Position numbers and translations under genes: made by a program. This document shows, one piece after another, positions 29,531 to 38,841 of a stretch of 64,000 bases of DNA. The number at the start of each line of letters is the position of its first letter. Positions within the stretch are counted from its first letter, which is position 1. Under the pieces are notes generated by a model. The model searched no databases. It saw nothing but the letters and a program-made list of their open reading frames with translations, and was not told the origin of the DNA. Source of the DNA: Thiohalospira sp. (GTDB lineage Bacteria; Bacteroidota; Bacteroidia; Bacteroidales; UBA12077); the NCBI GenBank assembly GCA_046538755.1, contig JBKHIH010000007.1, forward strand, positions 16,760-80,759. The letters run 5' to 3'.

Positions 29531-29568
29531 TTCAGAAATTACAAATTAATAAAATTATTTGTAAAAAT

Positions 29569-29576
29569 CAAAATTA
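29569..29576 (-). promoter_or_regulatory. Putative -7 promoter box for the kamA-like gene
   Basis: Minus-strand TAATTTTG (perfect TAnnTTTG) with ATTG 20 nt upstream. Confidence 0.45.
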
Positions 29577-29595
29577 AATATTTGTTAAGTAACTA

Positions 29596-30192
29596 TCAAT
29601 GGCTTGTCAGGTCGATGTTGTGGGCTGTTTCAATATAGTATATAATCTCTTTAAAAAAGCTAAAAAAATTATTTTTTAAAAAACTGTAATTTTCATTAAG
29701 TATTTTTATAGCATATTCAGAATGATCTGGTAAGGAAGTATATTTTGCCATTGTACTTAATACATTTTGAATACCTTCAATTTTACGGTACGAATATAAT
29801 CTGTTATTGTGTATTAACCGTGGTACCATATTTTGCACCTCTGAAGGTAACATTTCCTGATATTTATATAATAAGTTATGAAAGTCATCAATAAATTGAA
29901 GTAAACTTATAGATGAAAATTGTTCCCAATTACTTGCTAAAAAATGATCGTAGATAATGTCTATAATAATACCTGAATATTTGCGATATTTTGGTGCAAA
30001 AAATGTTTTAGCCTCACTTGTGTGCTTATTCTTATCAGTAAAGGTATCGATATAGCGGTGTAATAATACTCCTTCTTTAATTTTATCTGGATAAATATGA
30101 AATGCTTTGCCTTTGATGTAATCACCCATGAAATTTCCAATCTTAATTTCTTCGTCATTGCCCGATAAGTATATATGTGCTAAAAAGTTCAT
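29596..30192 (-). CDS. acpH: Acyl carrier protein phosphodiesterase (AcpH/DUF479)
   Basis: MNFLAHIYLSG, GNFMGDYIKG, LHRYIDTFTD, DIIYDHFLA. Confidence 0.88.
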   Translation of the reverse strand: MNFLAHIYLSGNDEEIKIGNFMGDYIKGKAFHIYPDKIKEGVLLHRYIDTFTDKNKHTSEAKTFFAPKYRKYSGIIIDIIYDHFLASNWEQFSSISLLQFIDDFHNLLYKYQEMLPSEVQNMVPRLIHNNRLYSYRKIEGIQNVLSTMAKYTSLPDHSEYAIKILNENYSFLKNNFFSFFKEIIYYIETAHNIDLTSH

Positions 30193-30424
30193 TGGGTAAT
30201 TAATTAATTTAAATCCAAATATCTACTAAATTAAAGTTTGTTTTGGGCAAATTGTTCAAACCCTTAATCTTTTTGTTTGTTTTTGCATATGTTTCTTAAC
30301 ATGTTTTTCTCTTTTTTAATTGTATCTGTAAAAAGTCATAGGGTTTAACTATTATCAGATATTAACAATAGTGTAAGAAAAAAAATTATTTCTTATTTAA
30401 ATTATGATTTTTGCGTTTAAGATT

Positions 30425-30432
30425 TAACTTTG
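30425..30432 (+). promoter_or_regulatory. Putative -7 promoter box
   Basis: Perfect TAACTTTG about 50 nt upstream of ATG 30483; AGGAGG at 30473-30478. Confidence 0.5.
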
Positions 30433-30482
30433 TTAGGCATTTTTTAAAAAATTAATAACTAAAAACATAAAAAGGAGGAATT

Positions 30483-31823
30483 ATGGCAAAGAAAAATGTT
30501 CTCATAATTGGAGCCGCTGGAAGAGATTTCCACAACTTTAATACCTATTACAGAGATAACGACGATTATAATGTAGTTGCTTTTACAGCAGCTCAAATTC
30601 CAGATATCGATGGTAGAAAATATCCTGCCCAGTTAGCTGGAAGTTTATATCCTGAGGGAATTCCAATTTATGCACAAGATGATTTGGGAAAACTTATTAA
30701 AGAGTTAAAAGTTGAAGATTGTGTATTTTCATATAGCGATGTGCCTTATCAATATGTAATGAATTTAAGTGCATTAGTAAATGCTGCTGGCGCTAACTTT
30801 GTTCTTTTAGGCCCTGAAAAAACAATGATAGAAAGCACTAAGCCTGTTATTGCTGTTGGTGCTGTTCGTACAGGATGTGGAAAATCACAAACTTCTCGAA
30901 GAATTATTGAATTATTAATGGAGCAAGGCCTTAAAGTTGTTGCTGTTCGACACCCAATGCCATACGGTGACTTAGTTGCTCAAAAAGTACAGCGTTTTGC
31001 TACTATCGAAGATTTGGCAAAACATAATTGTACTATCGAAGAAATGGAAGAATACGAACCTCATGTTGCTCGTGGAAACGTAATTTATGCAGGGGTTGAT
31101 TACGAAGCCATTTTAAGAGAAGCAGAAAAAGATCCTGATGGATGTGATGTTATTCTTTGGGATGGTGGTAATAATGATTTCCCATTTTATAAACCTGATT
31201 TAATGGTTACCGTGGTTGATCCACACAGGCCTGGCCATGAATTATCTTACTACCCGGGTGAAGCAACTTTACGCTTGGCTGATTATGTAGTAATTAATAA
31301 AATGGATTCTGCAAATGCTGAGGCTATTCAAATTGTTAGAGATAACATTGCCAAAGTTAATCCTAAGGCTGTAGTTGTTGATGGTGCTTCACCTCTTACA
31401 ATTGATAAGCCAGAATTGGTACGTGGTAAAAAAGTATTGGTGGTTGAAGACGGCCCAACATTAACTCATGGTGAAATGAAAATAGGTGCCGGTACAGTTG
31501 CTGCTAATAAATATGGCGCTACAGAACTGGTTGACCCAAGGGAATTTGCTGTTGGTAAATTAGCAGAAACATTTAAAATCTATCCAAATATTGGTACTTT
31601 GTTACCAGCAATGGGATATGGAGAACAACAAATTAAAGACCTGGAAGCAACAATTGACAAAACGCCTTGCGATGTTGTTGTTATAGCAACTCCAATTGAT
31701 TTAACCCGAATTGTTAAAATTAATAAACCTACGGTTAAAATTGGTTACGACTTGCAAGAAATAGGACAACCCGATTTAGCTCAGGCTGTTAATGATTTTA
31801 TCGTGAAAAAAAATCTTAAATAG
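30483..31823 (+). CDS. CpgS/ArcE-family P-loop ligase (arginine synthetase ArcE-like rather than true cyclic 2,3-diphosphoglycerate synthetase)
   Basis: GAAGRDFHNFN N-terminus, P-loop AVRTGCGKSQT, RHPMPYG, WDGGNND, VEDGPTLTHG. Confidence 0.75.
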   Translation: MAKKNVLIIGAAGRDFHNFNTYYRDNDDYNVVAFTAAQIPDIDGRKYPAQLAGSLYPEGIPIYAQDDLGKLIKELKVEDCVFSYSDVPYQYVMNLSALVNAAGANFVLLGPEKTMIESTKPVIAVGAVRTGCGKSQTSRRIIELLMEQGLKVVAVRHPMPYGDLVAQKVQRFATIEDLAKHNCTIEEMEEYEPHVARGNVIYAGVDYEAILREAEKDPDGCDVILWDGGNNDFPFYKPDLMVTVVDPHRPGHELSYYPGEATLRLADYVVINKMDSANAEAIQIVRDNIAKVNPKAVVVDGASPLTIDKPELVRGKKVLVVEDGPTLTHGEMKIGAGTVAANKYGATELVDPREFAVGKLAETFKIYPNIGTLLPAMGYGEQQIKDLEATIDKTPCDVVVIATPIDLTRIVKINKPTVKIGYDLQEIGQPDLAQAVNDFIVKKNLK

Positions 31824-31843
31824 GTTTTTTCTTTTAAATATTG

Positions 31844-31884
31844 AAAACTGCCTTTCCCTCTAATATTTGGGTTGGGCAGTTTTT
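31844..31884 (+). terminator. Intrinsic terminator after the ArcE-like gene
   Basis: AAAACTGCC/GGCAGTTTT inverted repeat with inner CCC/GGG, ending in a T-tract. Confidence 0.65.
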
Positions 31885-31977
31885 ATATTTTGGAATGATT
31901 TTCGCTTACCTTTAAGTTGAATTTATTAATAAATCGAGTATTTTTGTATTTAGTTATTATTCAATAAATAATTTGAT

Positions 31978-32592
31978 ATGAGAATTTTTGTTTTAATGTT
32001 GGTGTTTCTGATTTTTGGGACATATATTCATGCCCAGGTAATTTTACCCGATGAACCTGATACAACTAAAGTAAGCCAGGAAAATGATGAGAAATTATCT
32101 GAAAAAGCTGACAAAATTAACGAATTACAATCTGATATTGTTTATTTGCACGATGGCACTGTAATGAATATAGATGTTAAGAAAATATATCAGAATGATC
32201 TTTATTACTCTGTACCCGGCGAGACAAAAGTAAATCAAATGGACCAACGGCTGGTTCATAAAATTGAATATAAATCAGGGAAAATCGAAGTTTTAAACGA
32301 AAAACCTCAAACCGTTAGAAATATAAATGATTATAGAAAAGTAAAAGTAACTTATGATCCGGACGATGTTGACGGTATGGTTGAGGTGGCTAAGCTGGAA
32401 GCTAAAGCCGAAGGAAGTGATCGTGGCTATTCTACTACAAAAACCCTTGAACGTACAGCAACAATTATTTTAAGAAGAAAAGCTGCATTGGTTAATGCAG
32501 AAATGGTTTTAATTACTGATAAAAAAGTACATATTGCTTTTGGCGAAATTCCTTTTACCATTTTGTACGGAACAGCCTACTCTTATCGATAG
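31978..32592 (+). CDS. Exported hypothetical protein (paralog of 53819-54382)
   Basis: Signal peptide ending IHA|Q; TATTTTTG box at 31939-31946; visible similarity to the 53819 ORF. Confidence 0.75.
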   Translation: MRIFVLMLVFLIFGTYIHAQVILPDEPDTTKVSQENDEKLSEKADKINELQSDIVYLHDGTVMNIDVKKIYQNDLYYSVPGETKVNQMDQRLVHKIEYKSGKIEVLNEKPQTVRNINDYRKVKVTYDPDDVDGMVEVAKLEAKAEGSDRGYSTTKTLERTATIILRRKAALVNAEMVLITDKKVHIAFGEIPFTILYGTAYSYR

Positions 32593-32597
32593 TTTTT

Positions 32598-33956
32598 TTA
32601 AATCTTGTTAGTTATCTTGTCCATCTCCTCAATGATTTGAGCATATAATTCTTTTATTTTCTTTAAATTTTTGTTTTTTAACCATTGCAAAATGTTATAC
32701 TTAAAACGTGCAAAAAGCTTCTTTACTTCAATATAATAATGAAAAGAAAACAGCCCTGTAAATGGCCATGAAATAAGGCCTGCTAAACCAATCCATCCCG
32801 AATTAAAGATGTTTGTTGCCAAAATGGTTATTATTATATAATATACAGGAAAAACAATTAAGGATATCACATTTCTAAACGAACTGATAAACTGTGGGTC
32901 TTTTACTTTTTTTGTAGCCCAAACCGGTATTTGATATGGTAAAAAATTAAGAATTGCTCCATAAAGAAATATCGGGAGCAGGAGAATTGCTAAAAGCGAT
33001 TGGGCTATTAATCCAAATACCTTGAACTCGCCTTTTTGCATTACCCAATGCCCGAAGTTTAATCTTTTTAATAAATCGGCATATTTTAATGTTTTATCAT
33101 TAAGAGATTTTGCTTCTTCAGGATTTGTTTCAACAAAATGGTTTAATTTATCAATAATTTTTTTCTGTGCATAAAAATTGTTGGGTTGTTTTCTGTTTTT
33201 CAATCCCAATTTTTTAATCATTTGCGGAAGGTAAAGATATCTGATAATATCAAACATTTCATAATACTCATCACTTTCAATATGAATCATGTATTTTTTT
33301 AACTCTTGTGCAATTCTTTCCCGTAAAAGGTTCATTCCTCTGGGAGGATTGTTTTTATACTCGTCATAATAATCTGAAACATGAATTGGCTTGCCAAAGT
33401 TTACAAATAAACGGCTTCGGAAATTTGCATAATTTGTCCAGTCTAATCCAACCGGAACAATTTTGATATTTAAATTAAAATTATTGGCTTCTTCGGCTTC
33501 GAAAGCAATTCTTGAAATTCCCTTTTTTACGTTACGTAATTTTCTTAATCCGGCATGGCTTCCTTCGGGAAGAATAACCAGCCCGTTTTTATTTTTTAGG
33601 ACATCAATTGTTTTTTGGAAAATTTCTTCATTATTTTTAAGACTCTCTTTACCATCTCTAATTCGATATATAGGAAGTATTTTAAGAAATGTAAGAATAT
33701 TGGCAATGGTTTTCTTTTTAAAAATATCAGCCCTGGCTAAAAAAACAGGGTCTGTTTTTACTGTTGCCAAAATAGCTAACGCATCCATTAATGCGTTTTG
33801 ATGATTGGGGGCATAAATTATAACATCATCGGTTGGGATATGATCTAAATTATGAACCGTTGTCCTGAAATAAGTTTTTGTAACAGTGTCAACGTAAGGC
33901 CTTAAAACACTGTACCAAAAGTTTTTTTTCTCAATAGTATCTCTGCTTATTGCCAT
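32598..33956 (-). CDS. PlsC-family acyltransferase with a C-terminal membrane domain
   Basis: PNHQNALMD (HxxxxD), FLARADIF, LPEGSH. True start is likely ATG 33956; the track's longer start overlaps the upstream gene. Confidence 0.85.
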   Translation of the reverse strand: MAISRDTIEKKNFWYSVLRPYVDTVTKTYFRTTVHNLDHIPTDDVIIYAPNHQNALMDALAILATVKTDPVFLARADIFKKKTIANILTFLKILPIYRIRDGKESLKNNEEIFQKTIDVLKNKNGLVILPEGSHAGLRKLRNVKKGISRIAFEAEEANNFNLNIKIVPVGLDWTNYANFRSRLFVNFGKPIHVSDYYDEYKNNPPRGMNLLRERIAQELKKYMIHIESDEYYEMFDIIRYLYLPQMIKKLGLKNRKQPNNFYAQKKIIDKLNHFVETNPEEAKSLNDKTLKYADLLKRLNFGHWVMQKGEFKVFGLIAQSLLAILLLPIFLYGAILNFLPYQIPVWATKKVKDPQFISSFRNVISLIVFPVYYIIITILATNIFNSGWIGLAGLISWPFTGLFSFHYYIEVKKLFARFKYNILQWLKNKNLKKIKELYAQIIEEMDKITNKI

Positions 33957-33970
33957 AGAACAAAATAATT

Positions 33971-34906
33971 TTACGAATCGGTTAATTTTTTTCTTGACCA
34001 AAGGGAAGCTATTCCCATTCCTGCAATAATGTGCCAAATACCCCACCATGCTGCAATAAAAGCCATCCCGCCTAATTCTAGCTCTGGAGGAAAAAGCTTT
34101 GGATTAAATATTAAAACTAACCCTAAACCTGAATTTTGGATCCCTGTTTCAATGGAAATGGAACGCCTGTCTCGCCGCGAAATTTTTAATATCGTGCTAA
34201 AAGTAAATCCGGTAAGTAATGCCAGAGCATTATGGATAAATACAATTAAAGCAATTAAATGTATATATTTAATAAAATAATTAAAGTTATTCGATAATGC
34301 TGCAACAACATAACCAGCAAAAATTAAGATAGATAATATTTTTATAGGTTTTTTGATTTTACTGGTTAGTTCAGGAAATTTTTTGGCAAATAACATCCCA
34401 ATAATCAAAGGTATTCCTAATATAATAAAAACGGTTTGGAACATTTGAATGGGATCAATTTCTATAGGCCTTAATAAAGGATGCGATTTAGCATATAAAC
34501 CTCCCCAAAAAGCAAAATTTAGTGGAGTCATAAAAATTGCTCCTAATGTAGTAAATGCTGTCAGGCTAACCGATAAAGCAATATTTGCTTTTGCCATTGA
34601 CGATATGAAATTGGAGATATTGCCACCCGGGCATGATGCTACTAATATCATCCCCAAGGCTACTGCGGGTGTTGGTTCTAATATTAATACCAGAATAAAA
34701 GTTAATAGTGGCAGTAAAAAAAATTGCGAAATAATCCCTGTTATTAGAGATTTTGGTTTAGATATTATTTTTCTAAAACTTTCCAGATCAATTTCAAGCG
34801 CTACTCCAAACATAATAAATGCCAGAGTAATATTCATGAACAATAATCCACCCTGACTGAAATTGAGATGTATCTTATCTAAAACTTCCAGAGAATTTGT
34901 GGCCAT
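33971..34906 (-). CDS. Bile acid:sodium symporter (BASS) family transporter
   Basis: MFGVALE, SCPGGNISN, SIETGIQNSGLG. Confidence 0.9.
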   Translation of the reverse strand: MATNSLEVLDKIHLNFSQGGLLFMNITLAFIMFGVALEIDLESFRKIISKPKSLITGIISQFFLLPLLTFILVLILEPTPAVALGMILVASCPGGNISNFISSMAKANIALSVSLTAFTTLGAIFMTPLNFAFWGGLYAKSHPLLRPIEIDPIQMFQTVFIILGIPLIIGMLFAKKFPELTSKIKKPIKILSILIFAGYVVAALSNNFNYFIKYIHLIALIVFIHNALALLTGFTFSTILKISRRDRRSISIETGIQNSGLGLVLIFNPKLFPPELELGGMAFIAAWWGIWHIIAGMGIASLWSRKKLTDS

Positions 34907-35131
34907 GGTTTGTTTTTTTGTTGCGGATAAAAATAAGCAATTTGAATTGAATAATTATAATGCTGGTTAAAATGTATTAAACACAGTTTATGTAACGAAA
35001 TAAAAATTTTATCAAAAAAAAAACAATTAAATTCGATTTTAAAGCATAAGATTTATAAATTTACTTTTCCAACAAGAGCCTAATATATTCCAGTTTTAAA
35101 TAAAGGTATATAACATAAACTCTAATAGCTT

Positions 35132-35560
35132 GTGGAGAATAACGATGTTTTAAAGATAATAGATGAGGTTTCGGAAGTACTTTCTTTGTTGCTTGAGTTA
35201 AAGAAAAAAGGAAGATTTCGCGAAGCGTTGGAAAAAATAGACAAAACTCTTTTGGAATATTTCCACCTGGATTCTGATTTTGTATACTCTGTTTCCGAAG
35301 ATTTTTTTATTGATGCATTGAAACAGGAAAAAAAATTAACCTCTGAGCAGTTATCGACATTAGCCGAATTGTTAAGCGAACATGGTGATATTCTATTAGA
35401 ACAAAATAATTTAAAGCAAAGCCAAAAAGTATTAAAAAATACCCTTAAAATATATTACTTTCTTAATGATGACCAGGATTTTTTCTCTTTTAAAAATATG
35501 AATAAGATGGTACTTATCAACGAAAAATTGTCTAAAATTAATGTTGAAATAAAAAGTTAG
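35132..35560 (+). CDS. Hypothetical helical (TPR-like, DUF6483-like) protein
   Basis: 142-aa acidic all-alpha pattern ending YYFLNDDQDFFSF; GTG start. Family assignment tentative. Confidence 0.55.
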   Translation: MENNDVLKIIDEVSEVLSLLLELKKKGRFREALEKIDKTLLEYFHLDSDFVYSVSEDFFIDALKQEKKLTSEQLSTLAELLSEHGDILLEQNNLKQSQKVLKNTLKIYYFLNDDQDFFSFKNMNKMVLINEKLSKINVEIKS

Positions 35561-35611
35561 CCAGCAGGATAACTGTAGGTTGGATATGAAATTAATAAAA
35601 ACAAAAAAATA

Positions 35612-35642
35612 TTTGATTTTTAAAACAAAATGTTTATAATTG
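35612..35642 (+). promoter_or_regulatory. Putative promoter driving the hairpin RNA and NYN gene
   Basis: TTTG (35612-35615), 19-nt spacer, TATAATTG (35635-35642; one mismatch to TAnnTTTG). Confidence 0.5.
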
Positions 35643-35660
35643 CGTTTAAATACATATAAT

Positions 35661-35724
35661 GCTCTTGGCAACGTATTCTCAATTCTTTATAAAATAGCGA
35701 GAATGCCGAACCTAGGGCTTTTTT
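35661..35724 (+). ncRNA. Candidate antitoxin/cis-regulatory RNA: two-stem hairpin with a U-tract upstream of the NYN nuclease
   Basis: Outer stem GCTCTTGG/CCTAGGGC, 4x4 internal loop CAAC/CGAA, inner stem GTATTCTC/GAGAATGC, then T6 ending 12 nt before the ATG. Confidence 0.55.
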
Positions 35725-35736
35725 ATTTTAATAAAC

Positions 35737-36411
35737 ATGAAAAAGAAAACAGCAATTCTAGTAGACGGTGGTTTTTTCCTGAAAAGATATCGTTCAATAC
35801 ATAAGATTAAAAAACTTGATCCAGTTCGAACCGCATCCGATTTGTGGGAAATGTGTTTAAAGCATTTGGCACAAGCAAAAGGCGAATCATTTGATTTATA
35901 CAGAATTTTCTATTATGATTGCTTGCCGTATGAAAAAAAACAGCATAATCCAATAACGGGTAAAGCTATTGATTTTTCTAAAACAGAACAAAATAAATTT
36001 CAGTCTGAGTTTTTTAGTGAACTTAAGAAAAAAAGAAAAGTAGCTCTAAGATTAGGAATTCTAGAAGACAGAAATCGATGGATTATTAAACCATCAAAAA
36101 CTAAAGACTTACTTGCAAAGAAAATTCAAATTGATGATTTGACAGATGAAGATGTTTTTTTCGACTTTAGTCAAAAAATGGTTGATATAAAGATAGGATT
36201 AGATATTGCTTCAATCACATTAAAAAGGCAAGTTGAACAGATAATTTTAATTTCAGGAGATAGTGATTTTGTCCCAGCAGCTAAATTAGCAAGAAGAGAA
36301 GGAATAGATTTTTTACTTGATCCTATGTGGAATCCAATAAAACCTCACTTATTTGAACACATTGATGGGTTAGTTTCAAAAATCAAGAAACCCCTTAACC
36401 ACGCTGGTTAA
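35737..36411 (+). CDS. NYN domain (LabA/DUF88, PIN-like) ribonuclease
   Basis: AILVDGGF, RIFYYDC, QKMVDIKIGLD and ISGDSDFVPA; the acidic catalytic residues appear intact. Confidence 0.9.
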   Translation: MKKKTAILVDGGFFLKRYRSIHKIKKLDPVRTASDLWEMCLKHLAQAKGESFDLYRIFYYDCLPYEKKQHNPITGKAIDFSKTEQNKFQSEFFSELKKKRKVALRLGILEDRNRWIIKPSKTKDLLAKKIQIDDLTDEDVFFDFSQKMVDIKIGLDIASITLKRQVEQIILISGDSDFVPAAKLARREGIDFLLDPMWNPIKPHLFEHIDGLVSKIKKPLNHAG

Positions 36412-36495
36412 CTTTCGTATATTACAAAATATTTTTCAAATAACTACCAACTATTTTTCAGTACATTACCTTATTGAAATTCTTGAAAATAGGGT

Positions 36496-37833
36496 CTATT
36501 TTTTTGTTATTCGTTGTCTTAATTTTTCTGTTTCCTTTTCAAATCCGGGTTTCCCAAGTAACGCAAACATATTTTTCTTATAAGCCTCTACGCCGGGCTG
36601 GTCGAAAGGATTAATATCCAGTAAGTAACCACTAATAGCACACGATTTTTCAAAAAAATAGAGTAGTTGTCCAATAAACTGCTCGTTAAGTTTAGGAATC
36701 GTTATTCTGATATTGGGAACTCCTCCATCAACATGAGCTAATGTAGTTCCTTTTTCGGCCATTTTATTAATAAAATCCAGAGGTTTCTTTGCAAGGTAAT
36801 TGAGTTTATCAAAATTTTCTTTATCAGTTGGAATTTCCAATTGATAATTTGTTTCATCAATTGATATTACCGTTTCAAAAATATTTCTAAGCCCTTCCTG
36901 GATATATTGTCCCAATGAATGCAGGTCTGTTGTAAAACTTACGCTAGCTGGAAAAATGCCTTTATGCTCTTTCCCTTCGCTTTCGCCAAATAATTGTTTC
37001 CACCATTCTGCTAAAAAGTTAAGGCGTAAATCGTAATTGGCAAGAATCTCAATGTATTTTTCTTTTTTGTATAGTAAATGGCGAATAGCAGCGTATTGGT
37101 AAACCGGATTCTTTTCAAAAGTTTCTAAACTTATTTCAAGCATTCTTTTAGCTCCCGAAATAAGCTCTTCAATATTAAAACCAGCACAAGCAATGGGCAA
37201 AAGGCCTACGGGAGTTAAAACAGAATACCGTCCACCAACATCATCGGCAATGGTAAACGTTTTGTAACCCTCTTGATTTGCCAGGGTTCTTAAAGCTCCT
37301 TTTTCAGCATCGGTGATGGCTACAATTCTTTTTTGGGTTTCTTCCTTACCTGCTTTTTCTTCCAGTTCTTTTCTTAAAAGTCTAAAGGAAATGGCCGGTT
37401 CGGTTGTTGTTCCCGACTTGGAAATGACAATCACTGAAAAAGTTTTTTCTTTTAGATATTTTATCAACTCATAATGATAATCTTCCGATAAATTATGTCC
37501 GGCAAAAATAATTTCAGGTGTATTGGTATTTTTGTTAAAGTGCCCTGAAAGCGCTTTTATAACAGCTTTTGCTCCAAGGTAAGAACCTCCGATACCTATT
37601 ACTACAATTACATCCGATATTTTTTTTAAATCTGCTGCGGTATTTTTTATATCATCAATTTCTGTTTGAGAAATAATTTTTGGTAGGTCTAACCAGCCCA
37701 GGAAATCCCTTCCTTTGCCGGTTTTATTATTTAACATTTGCACTTTTTCTTCGATAAGTGCTTTATAAGCATTAAATTCTTTCTGTTGAATAAATGGCAA
37801 ACAATTACTTAGGTCTAATTGAATATTTTTCAT
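36496..37833 (-). CDS. pgi: Glucose-6-phosphate isomerase
   Basis: IGIGGSYLG, SKSGTTTE, VGGRYSVLT, QLFGESEGK, FDQPGVEAYK. Confidence 0.96.
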   Translation of the reverse strand: MKNIQLDLSNCLPFIQQKEFNAYKALIEEKVQMLNNKTGKGRDFLGWLDLPKIISQTEIDDIKNTAADLKKISDVIVVIGIGGSYLGAKAVIKALSGHFNKNTNTPEIIFAGHNLSEDYHYELIKYLKEKTFSVIVISKSGTTTEPAISFRLLRKELEEKAGKEETQKRIVAITDAEKGALRTLANQEGYKTFTIADDVGGRYSVLTPVGLLPIACAGFNIEELISGAKRMLEISLETFEKNPVYQYAAIRHLLYKKEKYIEILANYDLRLNFLAEWWKQLFGESEGKEHKGIFPASVSFTTDLHSLGQYIQEGLRNIFETVISIDETNYQLEIPTDKENFDKLNYLAKKPLDFINKMAEKGTTLAHVDGGVPNIRITIPKLNEQFIGQLLYFFEKSCAISGYLLDINPFDQPGVEAYKKNMFALLGKPGFEKETEKLRQRITKK

Positions 37834-37845
37834 AATAAAAATGTT

Positions 37846-38841
37846 TTACCGTAAATTTTCAGTAAGTAATTTTATTTCTATTGCAGGCGAAATTTTTTCG
37901 TACAGAATGTTGTATACAGCTTCGGTAATAGGCATGTTTACCATATATTTTTTATTGATTTCAATAATTGATTTAACAGCATAATAACCTTCGGCAATCA
38001 TATTCATTTCCAGTTGTGCAGATTTTACCGAATAGCCTTTCCCGATCATATTTCCAAAAGTTCTGTTCCGGCTAAATTGAGAGTATGCCGTAACCATTAA
38101 ATCACCTAAATAAGCAGAGCCTTTAATATCTCTTTTAATTGGATGAACAGCATCTACAAATCGTTTTATTTCCTGTATGGCATTCGCAATAAGCACTGCA
38201 TTAAAATTGTCTCCATAACCCAACCCGTGGCAAATCCCCGCTGCAATTGCAAAAACATTCTTTAAAACAGCCGAATACTCAGTTCCATAAATATCGTCCG
38301 AAATGCTGGTTTTAATATAATGTGTTGTTAATAAATCGGCAACCTGACGGGCAATTTTTAAGTTTTGAGAAGCTATGGTGAGGTAAGATAGCCGTTCGAA
38401 AGCAACTTCTTCGGCATGGCATGGCCCGGAAATAACAGCAAAATTTTTGAAAGGAACTTTATAATGTTGATTAAAAAATTCGCCAATAATTAAATTTTCG
38501 TCTGGTACAATTCCTTTAATGGCCGAAACAATTGTTTTCCCGCTTATATCAATATTTAAATTTTCTAATGCCGACTTAAGAAAAGCCGATGGAATGGCAA
38601 AAATAAGAATGTCTGCATTTTTAACAGCTTTGCTTAAAACACTAAAAAGTTCAATTTTACTGGTGTCGAGGCTAACTGAGCTTAAATAAAAATTGTTATG
38701 TTTATGTTGTTTTATAAAATCAATTTTTTCTTTGCTTCTCATGTACCAATTAATATCACCGGTATTTTCGAGCAGCATTTTTATAATTGCTGTAGCCCAG
38801 CTACCTCCACCCAATACTGCTATTTTAGGGTTTTGATTCAT
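37846..38841 (-). CDS. gpsA: NAD(P)H-dependent glycerol-3-phosphate dehydrogenase
   Basis: [39 protein letters not shown]. Confidence 0.94.
   Translation of the reverse strand: MNQNPKIAVLGGGSWATAIIKMLLENTGDINWYMRSKEKIDFIKQHKHNNFYLSSVSLDTSKIELFSVLSKAVKNADILIFAIPSAFLKSALENLNIDISGKTIVSAIKGIVPDENLIIGEFFNQHYKVPFKNFAVISGPCHAEEVAFERLSYLTIASQNLKIARQVADLLTTHYIKTSISDDIYGTEYSAVLKNVFAIAAGICHGLGYGDNFNAVLIANAIQEIKRFVDAVHPIKRDIKGSAYLGDLMVTAYSQFSRNRTFGNMIGKGYSVKSAQLEMNMIAEGYYAVKSIIEINKKYMVNMPITEAVYNILYEKISPAIEIKLLTENLR

Noticed and set aside
29505-29535. SAM-I-like AGGGGATTGGCC string, and a lysine riboswitch expected upstream of kamA
   Set aside because: The string is on the strand opposite the gene and lacks the other SAM-I elements; the L-box hallmarks (AGAGGNGC etc.) are absent. 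Kept only as an unclassified structure.
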